Of a stretch of 64,000 nt of DNA, positions 47,482 to 56,864 are shown in pieces. Each line of letters starts with the position of its first letter. Positions within the stretch are counted from its first letter, which is position 1. The stretch comes from an uncultured Planctomycetaceae bacterium (GTDB lineage: Bacteria > Planctomycetota > Planctomycetia > Planctomycetales > Planctomycetaceae), in contig CAWFGE010000014.1 of NCBI GenBank assembly GCA_963815195.1, positions 32,001 through 96,000 on the forward strand, written 5' to 3'. Below the pieces are notes generated by a model. It worked only from the letters and a program-made list of their open reading frames with translations, was not told the origin of the DNA and did not search any database. Both the position numbers and the translations under genes were made by a program.

Positions 47482-48270
47482 CTATCTACGATCGTTGTTG
47501 GTCAGTACCGGCCTTGCGACGCGCACCCGTTCCACGACGTCTGCCGTCACACCATCACAAACCAACCGCACTCCAGCAGGCAATCCGGACGCCACCATCC
47601 AAAGCCCTCCCGCATCCTGGCCCGAATACTGCCATTCTTCACCCGTAAATGCAGAAGCGGCGTCGTACAGTCGATCTAACTCCGCATCGGGCAATTCCGT
47701 CCCCAACCGCACCGCAATCTCCCGCGCCCGATCTCGCGAAAGTTTTCCGTCCGCATCCCGCCAGAGCCCAACTGCATCAGCCAACCGTTCATACTCGATC
47801 CATAACTTTGGCCCTTGCCAATTCGCATACAACCGCCCCGCCTGTCGAATCTGCGAATCGTATTGTCCCGCCGCCGAGTCCCGCGGCACGCCGCGTTTAC
47901 GCTTTGATTCCAGCACGGATTCACGGTCGCGAATTACCCAAAGCAAAAGCGGGTTGTATGGAGCCAAAAACGGCTGCCAACGGCCCAAGGTGCGAACAAA
48001 GCGCGGATCTTTGATCGCCCACGGCTGCGGCAGGCCGGCCAAGTATTCGGCCGCCCCACTGAAATTCCCGGATTCGTTGATGTCCCGAAGCTTTACCGAT
48101 TCTCCGAAGATTTCATCGGCGTCCGCTGCCTGCCAACCCAAGGCATGCAGCATTTTCGTGACGATCGTGGTGCCGGAATTGCCGACGCCAAGGACGACGA
48201 TATTGGGACGACGATCGACCAGGATCCGCGGATCGGTGCTGGGCAGGATGTTCAATTCCCGAACGCCCAT
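47482..48270 (-). CDS. Sulfotransferase-family P-loop protein
   Basis: VVLGVGNSGTTIVTKML...WAIKDPR...VIRD...IEYERL. Confidence 0.65.
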   Translation of the reverse strand: MGVRELNILPSTDPRILVDRRPNIVVLGVGNSGTTIVTKMLHALGWQAADADEIFGESVKLRDINESGNFSGAAEYLAGLPQPWAIKDPRFVRTLGRWQPFLAPYNPLLLWVIRDRESVLESKRKRGVPRDSAAGQYDSQIRQAGRLYANWQGPKLWIEYERLADAVGLWRDADGKLSRDRAREIAVRLGTELPDAELDRLYDAASAFTGEEWQYSGQDAGGLWMVASGLPAGVRLVCDGVTADVVERVRVARPVLTNNDRR

Positions 48271-49026
48271 AGACTCCAAGCTCCCCGTACAAAACACGTT
48301 ACTAACCATTCTGCGCGACCCGATTTTGCAAAGCATGAAACAGCTTGAGCTTACGGAGTTCGCGTCCTCTACGGTTGCCTCGGAGGTAGGCAACAACTTT
48401 CGAACTTTTGGCATCTTGGTTTACAGCGGGCGCGAATCGAGGCGCGATTCGCGCGCCTTCGTGAGCGTGTGGATTGGACCGACTTCCGCGGCGGGGCGAG
48501 CATGCGCGTAACTGCGTGTTGACGAAGTCGCGGGGTTCGCGGAAGACTTCGGCCTATGGGTTTTCGATCGCGGGCGGAGTCGTGGGGAAGGTCATCGCGC
48601 CGGTGGAGTGATCTTCGCGGCAGGGCAAGGCGCGGAACCTGAGCGCAATCGGCGGAGCGCCGAAAACTTGCGGATCGAGTTGGATTGTTCGGATTCGCAT
48701 GACGGAGGTCGATTTCGCTCAATCAGGATGTATCGGTCACAACCGCCGGAATCCGGCCAAAGTCGCAGCGGACACCGCGCCTATCAGAACGCAAAGAATT
48801 AAGGGCAAGAGCAAACAATGCCGGCTCTTGTTGGAATCTTAGAAGCCGATTTGGGCTGAAACCTTGACGCGAGAATTTCTGTAAATCTGCTTGCACGTGG
48901 ACACTTTACCCCGTACTGTGTACCCACATTACTGATATTCCTTTGCTTCCTTGTCACTCTTGGCATTCCCCCGGCGTATTGCTTCTACAGACTTCTTGGT
49001 TCGATTGAAGCGTAAAGTGATTGGTG

Positions 49027-50652
49027 ATGATGCGATTCTTGGTTGCGTTCGACGTCCCCAGCATTAAGCAGTATGTGTTCGGCACCGACCCTCTGCGGGA
49101 AATTCGCGGGGCGAGCAGCCGGCTGGTCACGCTCAATTGCTATCGAATGAAGTCGGTGCTCATTGAAGAACTCGGGGACGATCAGGTCGATCAGGTTTAT
49201 GCCAACGGGGGGACGGCGCAGTTTATCATCACCGCCAATACTGAAAGCGACGTCGAAGAAGCCTGCCAGAGGCTTGCTGGGGTGTTCCGTGAGGAAACGG
49301 GCGGGGAAGTCGGACTGGTTTGGGGAATCGAAGAGTACCGGGAAAGCGAAGGCGACTATAAACGTGCTGTCCAGCAGGCCCATCGGCGGCTTCGGCAGTG
49401 CCGGGATTCCGCGCGGGACGAGCCAGTTTCCCTTTTGATGCCTTTGGTGGCCGAGTGCAAATCCTCGTCTCACTTGCCGGCTAGCCAGAAGAGTTTGCGG
49501 GATGGACGGTGGCAGTTGATCTCCCGCGCGGTGGAACAAAAAGAGAATGTGCCCCGCGAATCCCTCTGGGAGGCGTGGATGCAATTCGTGAACACCCACT
49601 TCGCTCAAGAAGGTTGGGAAAACGAGAGCCAATGGAAGAATCTCCACTGCGGTGAGTTCTCGGAGTTGGTCGGCCAGGAGAATTCCGACTTGGGGCTGGT
49701 TTATGCCGATGGCAATGCGATGGGCAAGGTCGTGCGAAAGCTCAATACCCCCGAACGCAGCCTGGCATTCAGCGAGATGATCGACCAGAGCGTGCAGCGG
49801 GCGTGTCACCGGGCATTGGCTCAGGTTTGTGGGAAAGACATTGCGCAGCTTCGCCGATCGAACTTTGCCAACGGCAAACTGCGAGCGGAAATTCTCTTGT
49901 TGGGCGGCGACGATCTGTTGGTCGCCTTGCCGGCGGAGCGTGCATTGGCGTTTGCCAAACTTGTGATGGAGGAATTTCAAGCCGAGACCGAAAGCCACCT
50001 CAACACCCTCGATCCGGATTTGCAGAAGTATTTCCGTGCCGATCGACCGTTTTCTCTCTCGTGCGGGGTGGCGATTGGCCGCGTGACCTTTCCCTTTGCG
50101 TTGTTGCTAGAACTGGCCGAGGACTTGCTCAAAGAGGCTAAGCGGTGCGGGACTGCGCAGCAACAGAGCGACCGCACGAGCGTGGCGAGCTTTCTGGACT
50201 TCCATCAGGTCCTGGGCTCGGGCAGCTTGGAACTGGCCACGCTTCGGGACGAGGATTTCCGAATCTCAACCAATAGACCCCGCACCCTGCGACCGTTCCA
50301 GATTACGAAAGGACCGCAAGAATCCCCGGCGGGAGCGGTGGAGTTCAAGCGATTGACGGACGCCGTGGGAATCCTCAAACGGTGTGAGCCGGGCATTCCG
50401 CGGACCAAACTGCACGCCTTGCGGGAGGCGGCGCTGACCGCTTCGGAAGCGAAAGCGGAACAGCGGAGCCGCGAACTGTTTGCCCGTTTGACGGAAAGGC
50501 AACGGCAGGCGCTCTGGAAGGCGATGGCCTGTTTGGATGAAAACGGACGCGTGGAAAATTTCCCCTGGATTTCCTGGCGTGGCAAAACCCCCACGCCCTT
50601 GCCCGACCTCGTGGAAGCATTCGATTTATGGCAATCCTACGACTCGATTTGA
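49027..50652 (+). CDS. cas10: Type III CRISPR large subunit Cas10 (compact, no HD domain)
   Basis: FDVPSIKQYVF...LREIRGAS (Palm1), YADGNAMG, LGGDDL (Palm2), SLSCGVAI...FPF...LAEDLLKEAK. Confidence 0.92.
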   Translation: MMRFLVAFDVPSIKQYVFGTDPLREIRGASSRLVTLNCYRMKSVLIEELGDDQVDQVYANGGTAQFIITANTESDVEEACQRLAGVFREETGGEVGLVWGIEEYRESEGDYKRAVQQAHRRLRQCRDSARDEPVSLLMPLVAECKSSSHLPASQKSLRDGRWQLISRAVEQKENVPRESLWEAWMQFVNTHFAQEGWENESQWKNLHCGEFSELVGQENSDLGLVYADGNAMGKVVRKLNTPERSLAFSEMIDQSVQRACHRALAQVCGKDIAQLRRSNFANGKLRAEILLLGGDDLLVALPAERALAFAKLVMEEFQAETESHLNTLDPDLQKYFRADRPFSLSCGVAIGRVTFPFALLLELAEDLLKEAKRCGTAQQQSDRTSVASFLDFHQVLGSGSLELATLRDEDFRISTNRPRTLRPFQITKGPQESPAGAVEFKRLTDAVGILKRCEPGIPRTKLHALREAALTASEAKAEQRSRELFARLTERQRQALWKAMACLDENGRVENFPWISWRGKTPTPLPDLVEAFDLWQSYDSI

Positions 50653-51395
50653 CGTTTCAGTTGCAATTTGTGACCGACTGGCACGTGGGCAGCGGAGCGG
50701 GTTCCGCTTTGGTGAACCGCCTGCAGGCCCGGCGGCGGATGCGGTCTTGGGGAGAGGTTCCGTTTGTGCCCGGGGCTCAACTCAAAGGCGTACTCAGGCA
50801 ACAGTGCGAACGGTTGGCCCTGGCCCTGAACTTGTCGGATGTGCTCGACCCGCATGACCAGGAGGCCGCATTGGCCGCGCACTTTGTTCCGCTTCCGCAA
50901 TCGCAGATTTTCGTGGATCGCTTGTTTGGGTCCCGTTATCAAGGCGGGTGTTTGTTCCTGAGCGATGCCCTGCCGGTGGACGATCACAGCGACGGGGCGG
51001 TTTCGCCAGGGACAACCGTGCGGCAGCGGACGGCGCTCGATCGGTTGACGGGCACGGTCAAGCATCAGCATCTGTTCGCCACGGAGATCGTCTCCGTATC
51101 TAAGGGGGCTTATGCCGCCCGGTTGCGGGCACGGCATCCCTCCGAGGCCCTGACCCACAATGGGGGAGGTTTGCCGTACGAATACGCTTTGTTGGTGACG
51201 GCGCTGTTGGGCATCGAATCGCTCGGCGGCGACAAAAGTGCCGGCCGCGGTCAGTGCGTGATCACCGTGGATGAGTCGACTTTGAAATGGAATCGCACGC
51301 CGCAATCCCTGGATGCCATGTTGGCCCCCTTCCGAGAGGATGGGTGGCAAGAGTACTACCAACTGATGATCGACGAAAAGACTGGCTCGGAATAA
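50628..51395 (+). CDS. csm3: Cas7-group RAMP (Csm3-like)
   Basis: WHVGSG, VPGAQLKGVLRQQCE, RLFGS, RTALDR, LGGDKSAGRG. Confidence 0.88.
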   Translation: MAILRLDLTFQLQFVTDWHVGSGAGSALVNRLQARRRMRSWGEVPFVPGAQLKGVLRQQCERLALALNLSDVLDPHDQEAALAAHFVPLPQSQIFVDRLFGSRYQGGCLFLSDALPVDDHSDGAVSPGTTVRQRTALDRLTGTVKHQHLFATEIVSVSKGAYAARLRARHPSEALTHNGGGLPYEYALLVTALLGIESLGGDKSAGRGQCVITVDESTLKWNRTPQSLDAMLAPFREDGWQEYYQLMIDEKTGSE

Positions 51396-51490
51396 CCAAT
51401 CGCAAAACGGCAACCGCACGCCTTCTTTACCCTTATTGAGGCGTGCCCTGGCGGAATCAAATCGAAATCTGAACTTGGAAAGCCCTGTTG

Positions 51491-52958
51491 GTGAACCGAT
51501 ATCTCGATCAAAGCCTATTTGGAATCGCCCTTGGCGATCAAACAGTCGCGGCAGTCGCAACGGTCGACGGGCGTGAAATCCATCAGCGGCACCATGCTGC
51601 GGGGGGCACTGGCCCGGTTGTACCTGGATCGCCACGGCTCTGCGGATGAGGGCTTCCGCGAACTGTTCCTGGAAGACAGCGGCTCACGGTTCGGACCGCT
51701 CGATCCCGCTCCGAGGACGCTGCCCCTCACGGCGGCGGCCTGCAAACGGACTCCGGGGTTTTCCAAGGCTGGTCAGCACGGGATGGCCGATCAATTGTGG
51801 TTACGGATCGGCCTTGCCCTCGCCGAACAGGATGGGCGAACCGTACCCATTGACGAATTGGAACAGCCCTTTCTGGATTGCGGCGTCTGTGGGGCCGCGA
51901 TGCGAGACGAACGGGGGTTTTACGAGTGGCACGATCAAACGTATCACGCCAGCCGGACGGATCGGCGGCGGGTGGAGACGCACGTCGGCATCGACCGCCA
52001 CACCATGACGGCGGCTCGGTCCATTTTGTATTCCAATGAAATTCTCGAACCGAACACACCCGTTTTGATCAACTGGATCGTTGCAAGAACAGAGAACGCT
52101 GAGCGGTTACGACAGTTCTTGAAGGGTGAAGATCTCTTTGATTGGTTAGCCAACGACAAATTCAATGCTGCTCGGTTACAACAGTTCTTGAATGGTGAAG
52201 ATCTCATTGATTGGCTCAGAAGCAAGGAAACGAATCCCCGGCAGTTGAAAGGCTTCTTAAAAGGGGAAGACTTGGTTGTGTGGCTCCGCACGCCTCCCCA
52301 GAAGATTAGAGCGTTGATCGAACTGATGGATGTGGAGGATCTCACCGGCTGGATCGAAACCACGGACGACAACGCCCGGCGATTCCAAGAGTTGCTGGAG
52401 GAAGAGGAAAACTGCATTGATGTCGGTCATGCCCGCACGCGGGGTTATGGTCGGGTCCGGTTGGAGTGGGGTGAACCGTTCGCCGCGGCAGGCGAGTCCC
52501 CAACCCGGTGGAACCAGTGGAGCGAGGACCTGAAAGTGTTCCTGAAAAGCGAGCCGTTTCGACTGGAGGGTCCGCAAGTGGAAGGATTTTACTTTTCGTT
52601 GGGATTGCCCTCGGGCGCGATTGTGGTGGATGAGTTGCTGCGCTATTCCCTCGATCCTCGCCAAGCATTGTCTGGGAACCGCCCGGAGATCGAATGCCTT
52701 CTCACGGTCGCCCGGCATGAGCGGGTGCGGGGCTGGAACGCCGCCCACGGATTGCCTCGCCAGGATGAATGGGCCATCGCCCGCGGCAGCGTCTTTGTCT
52801 ATCGCTTCACGGGGGAGGACAAGACGGGTTTGTTCGATTGGTTAAACACCTTGGAACGGGAAGGGCTGGGACTCCGGCAGGGCGAGGGATTTGGCCAAGT
52901 CGAAGTTTCGGCACAATTTCATCGCGATCTTTCCCGGCAGGAAGGAACATCGGCATGA
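51491..52958 (+). CDS. csx10: Csx10-like RAMP (Cas5 group, type III-D) with an internal tandem-repeat insertion; start probably GTG 51491 with an early frameshift
   Basis: ISGTMLRGALA, HVGIDR, VGHARTRGYG, RGWN...LPR, GSVF, GLGLRQGEGFG. Confidence 0.8.
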
Positions 52959-53386
52959 GTCAGTCTATCAGCATCGAACAACAACGGAAACTGGATCGGG
53001 AACTGGAACAGCCCGACCGCCGAGCCGCCTACGAACAACTGGGCGAGGCGCTCTACCGGGCGTTCGGCGGAACAGAGAACGTCAGCACGCAGGTGCGGAA
53101 CCTGCAACAGACTGCCGCCACCGCCCGGCGGTTTGCGGACATCGAAGCCTTCGTGAAAAACCAGATGGGCCGCAACACCAAGGATGCCAAAGCCTGGCGC
53201 GAACCCGGCGTGGGCCAGACCGTACTGGATCAACTGGCCGAACTGCGGGAGATCGCCCGGCAGCATGCCGAGACGGACGAAGACGCCCAAGCCAATCGGT
53301 TTTGGTTGGCCCGGAATTGGGTCCGGGTGGTCGTGGGAGCCTATCTCTACGAGAAAGCCGTGGCGGGAATGCCCTCGGCCCATTAA
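52955..53386 (+). CDS. Cas11/Csm2-like small subunit
   Basis: All-helical 143 aa; STQVRNL...FVKNQMGR...W; ATGA overlap with csx10. Confidence 0.7.
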   Translation: MSQSISIEQQRKLDRELEQPDRRAAYEQLGEALYRAFGGTENVSTQVRNLQQTAATARRFADIEAFVKNQMGRNTKDAKAWREPGVGQTVLDQLAELREIARQHAETDEDAQANRFWLARNWVRVVVGAYLYEKAVAGMPSAH

Positions 53387-53414
53387 ATGCCCTCGGCCCA
53401 TTAGGAGACTTTCC

Positions 53415-54107
53415 ATGCTTCAAGCGGAATGGAATCAGATGGCGGATGATGTGCTGGCCCCGGAGGCGAGGCGATTCTTGAACGAGTGGATCGCTACCGC
53501 CGAGAGCTTGCGCGACCAGGCTCTGCAAAAAGAAGAGGCGGAAATACAGTCGAGAGAGTCCGATCCCGAAAAGGTTGCCAAGCAGTTGGCGAAGCTCGAA
53601 ACGCGCTTGGCGAAGGTAGTGCCTTTTCCGATGGAGCGGAGTCAGATCGTGGGGCTCCGGCAGGTGGCGGTCAATCCGCCATCGCACTGGAACGATCACC
53701 AACCCTCGCTGGTGGCCTCGTTCGCCAATCATCAAAAAGAGAAATTCACACGCAGTTTAAGGAAAGAACAAGACGAGTATGAAAAACGGCGTCCAGGCAA
53801 ATCGTTCAAAGAGGTGATCTTGAAGTCTCAGGATTATTACAGGCAACAATTCTGGGAACGGGTGCGAAAGCTGACCGATCTACAAGACAACCCGCCCGGC
53901 GAATTGATTCAACTGGCTGTCGTCAGGAACTATCTCCCCGCCGAGTACCGGGATGAGGCCATGAAAGAGTTGAGCCGCAAGCAACAACGACTCCGTAAAG
54001 CGGAGCGGGACCGCTGGTTTGGTGAGCAATGGATCCCGCACACGATCCCGATGTTCTTCGAGTACTTTGCGGTCGAGTATTTGTTTGAAGCCGCGAAAGG
54101 GAAGTGA
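53415..54107 (+). CDS. Second Cas11/Csm2-like helical subunit
   Basis: RBS AGGAG; RSQIVGLRQVA...FANHQKEK...FW pattern. Confidence 0.55.
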   Translation: MLQAEWNQMADDVLAPEARRFLNEWIATAESLRDQALQKEEAEIQSRESDPEKVAKQLAKLETRLAKVVPFPMERSQIVGLRQVAVNPPSHWNDHQPSLVASFANHQKEKFTRSLRKEQDEYEKRRPGKSFKEVILKSQDYYRQQFWERVRKLTDLQDNPPGELIQLAVVRNYLPAEYRDEAMKELSRKQQRLRKAERDRWFGEQWIPHTIPMFFEYFAVEYLFEAAKGK

Positions 54108-54223
54108 CAAACGCAAAAAACGAACACGCACCCCACGATGCCCCGGGAAAAGGATGAAAAAGCCGCTTCTTTACCGTTTTGAAGTGGCTCGGGGCATTCA
54201 CGAGAATGGATCAAGGACAAGCA

Positions 54224-55093
54224 ATGACAAACAACACGACCGAGCGGGGGTTTTTCTCCCTGAAGCGAAAAATCCAGATCGAGGGCGAGATCACCTTCAC
54301 CACGCCTTGGCGGATTGGATCGGGTCGCGAGGGCGACATCAGCGATCTGGGAGTCCTGCTCTCTCCCACGGGCGAGCCGGTACTGCCGGGCAGCAGCCTC
54401 AAGGGTGTTTTGCGAAGCACCTGTGAACGATTGGCGTACGTCCTCGGGTTGGAGGCCTGCCAGTTGGACAGCCATTCCGCAGGGCTGTCCTATGTTTGCT
54501 CCAGCGATGTGAAAGCGTTTACCAATTGGAAAAAGGAACATCAAAAGGAATGGGAAAACCTTTCTGGTTTGCCGGCCGCCGAGCGGCTGGATTGGATCGC
54601 CCAGCACACCTGCGATGTCTGCCGGTTGTTCGGGTCGCCTTTGATGAAAAGCGTTTTGAAAATCTCCGACGGCCGACTCTCGGAATGGGCCGGCGTGGTG
54701 GAAGTTCGCGATTCGGTCGTATTGGACCGCGACAGCAAAACCTCGCGGAACAAGTTCGACTTCGATGTGGTCCCGCCGGCCAAGTTCGCCATCCGCTTGG
54801 ATTTGGACAACCCAACCGATGCCGATCTGGCCCTCTTGGGAGCGGGGCTGTTCGAGTGGACGGCGGGCGTGTCCATTGGCGGTTTCACCAGCCGGGGGTT
54901 GGGGCAGGCCGAACTCACCATTACCGGCCTGCGGTCGGCGAACCTTTCCGATCCCAAAGAGCAAACCCAATACCTACTCGGCAAAACCGCCGAGGAAAAG
55001 CTGACTCTCCAGAAGGATTGGGAAGGGGACTTTCAAGAGTTCATCGAAAAGCAGTTGAAGAAAATCAAAGATCAACAAGAAACGCAAGGTTAA
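54224..55093 (+). CDS. Cas7-group RAMP (Csx7/Csm3-like)
   Basis: WRIGSG, LPGSSLKGVLRSTCE, CDVCRLFGS, RDSVVLDRD, IGGFTSRGLG. Confidence 0.88.
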   Translation: MTNNTTERGFFSLKRKIQIEGEITFTTPWRIGSGREGDISDLGVLLSPTGEPVLPGSSLKGVLRSTCERLAYVLGLEACQLDSHSAGLSYVCSSDVKAFTNWKKEHQKEWENLSGLPAAERLDWIAQHTCDVCRLFGSPLMKSVLKISDGRLSEWAGVVEVRDSVVLDRDSKTSRNKFDFDVVPPAKFAIRLDLDNPTDADLALLGAGLFEWTAGVSIGGFTSRGLGQAELTITGLRSANLSDPKEQTQYLLGKTAEEKLTLQKDWEGDFQEFIEKQLKKIKDQQETQG

Positions 55094-55204
55094 GAACGCT
55101 CGGCACAACGCACCCCAAAAAGAGGAAATAAGCCCTTTTTACGGTTTTTGCGGTGCGAGGCCGAACGCCTCGGATGAATAAACCCCAATCAAAAAGGTTC
55201 CTGC

Positions 55205-56161
55205 ATGCTCCGCAAATGGTTTTGTCAGGCTGAGATCACGATTGAGATTCACCCGGTCGATCCGGTTTTGGTGAAAAGCGGGTACGCCACGTTTTCGGGG
55301 CCGGACATGGTTCCCGTGCAAACTCTGCGGGATGGCGAAGAGACGTTCTATCTGCCAGGCACGTCGCTCAAGGGGGTGCTCCGCAGCCATCTGGAGCGGA
55401 TCTGCCGTTCGCTGAAGGAAGGCGTGACGTGTTTGCCGTATTATTTCGATGCGAAGAAAGACGCCCAGAACGTGCCCGTGGCCAGCGAGCAGGGGGCGAT
55501 CAGTTGCGGCAAGCGGTTGGAAGGCGACCGCACCACCGCCGAGATATACCGCCTCAGCTGCCCCGCGTGCCGGGTGTTCGGCTCCCTCAAGTTCAAGGGA
55601 CGAGCCGGGCTTTCGGATGCCTACGCGCTGCCCGACCATAAGCCCGTTCGGGAGGACCGCAACAACGTCTGCATCGACCGCTTTACCGGCGGTGTGGCTC
55701 AGGGACCGTTCGATATGACGGTGCTCGTCGGTGGGGTCTATCGAACCACGCTGCAAATCACCAACTTTGAACTCTGGCAACTGGCGGGGATTCACTTCCT
55801 CTTGGCCGATTTGGAAGATGGCCTGCTCAGCGTGGGCAGCGGGCAAAGCCGCGGCCTGGGCCGGGTGGAAGGGAAAGCCACCAGCTATCGACTGACCTAC
55901 CTGCAAAAGCCGCCGCGGTTGTGCGGGCTATTCCAGTTTGCGACGGCGGAGGAACGCCAAGCCTACGGCCTGTCCGCCGAACCCGGAAATCTGCCCGAGT
56001 TGCCCTCTCCCAAAAGTTCGCGAGGGCTGCGAACAGTCTACGATGTCACCGGCGAGTGGCAAAACTGGACGGAAACCCTGGCGGGCAGTTTCCCCGCGTT
56101 TCTGGATTGGTTCGCCGAGAACGTCGGTCCCCTCGCCAGTCAAATGGAGGTCCCCGCGTGA
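55205..56161 (+). CDS. Cas7-group RAMP (Csm3-like)
   Basis: LPGTSLKGVLRSHLE, CPACRVFGS, IDRFTGG, VGSGQSRGLG. Confidence 0.88.
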   Translation: MLRKWFCQAEITIEIHPVDPVLVKSGYATFSGPDMVPVQTLRDGEETFYLPGTSLKGVLRSHLERICRSLKEGVTCLPYYFDAKKDAQNVPVASEQGAISCGKRLEGDRTTAEIYRLSCPACRVFGSLKFKGRAGLSDAYALPDHKPVREDRNNVCIDRFTGGVAQGPFDMTVLVGGVYRTTLQITNFELWQLAGIHFLLADLEDGLLSVGSGQSRGLGRVEGKATSYRLTYLQKPPRLCGLFQFATAEERQAYGLSAEPGNLPELPSPKSSRGLRTVYDVTGEWQNWTETLAGSFPAFLDWFAENVGPLASQMEVPA

Positions 56162-56748
56162 ACCCGCAGACTGCCATCTTGAAATCCGCCGACCTGAACG
56201 CGGCCGAGAAGGTGTCCGCACTGATTGCGGGTCTTCCCCGGCCGGACCGCCAGCCGCGTTGGGTGTGGCTGGCGGCCCCCGATGGGTGGACGTTGGATTT
56301 TCTCCCCAGCCCGGAAGGCTCGGTCCGCTGGTATGCCGCCCATGCTCGTCCGAAAGATGTTCCCTTGGCCGAGGTGCTGCCTCGCGCGGAGGAAGGGCGG
56401 GTGTTTGATCCCTCGGGCGAATTGCGGTTTCGGCGGTTGCCGCACCCCGGAGGGGCTTCGATTTGGCGGGCGGTCTTTTTGGGGGATGAGGAGTGGTTCC
56501 CCGATTGGGGCCACCCACAAAGCGAACTCGGTGGACTCCGTCGCACCCGCACGGCGTACTACCTCTGGGGTGAGCAAACCCCGCAGACGCCGCGCGAGTG
56601 GGTGGAGTTACAAATCCCGCACCGCTTCGACTACCCCATGTTGGATCCGAATGCCTCGCGGGTGACGCTGGAAGTGGAACTCTGGTGCGACCCCAGCGGG
56701 CGAGTCCACTTCCAACGCTTCTGCGGTCTGCGAGGAGAGGGCCGATGA
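56158..56748 (+). CDS. csx19: Csx19-like type III-D subunit
   Basis: GRVF...ELRF, YYLWGE, ELQIP...DYP, RFCGL pattern; sits just before the last RAMP gene. Confidence 0.7.
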   Translation: MNPQTAILKSADLNAAEKVSALIAGLPRPDRQPRWVWLAAPDGWTLDFLPSPEGSVRWYAAHARPKDVPLAEVLPRAEEGRVFDPSGELRFRRLPHPGGASIWRAVFLGDEEWFPDWGHPQSELGGLRRTRTAYYLWGEQTPQTPREWVELQIPHRFDYPMLDPNASRVTLEVELWCDPSGRVHFQRFCGLRGEGR

Positions 56749-56864
56749 GAAAACGCAAAACGGTAAACGCCCCGCACCACACACCTAAAAAAGGGTAAAG
56801 AAAGGCTTCTTTACCCTTTTTTAGGTGCTTCCCCGAACGCATTGAGAAATCGAAAGGCCGACCG

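Noticed and set aside
51401..56827. Intergenic elements as a dispersed CRISPR array
   Set aside because: Copies are too divergent and are separated by whole genes; kept as putative regulatory hairpins.
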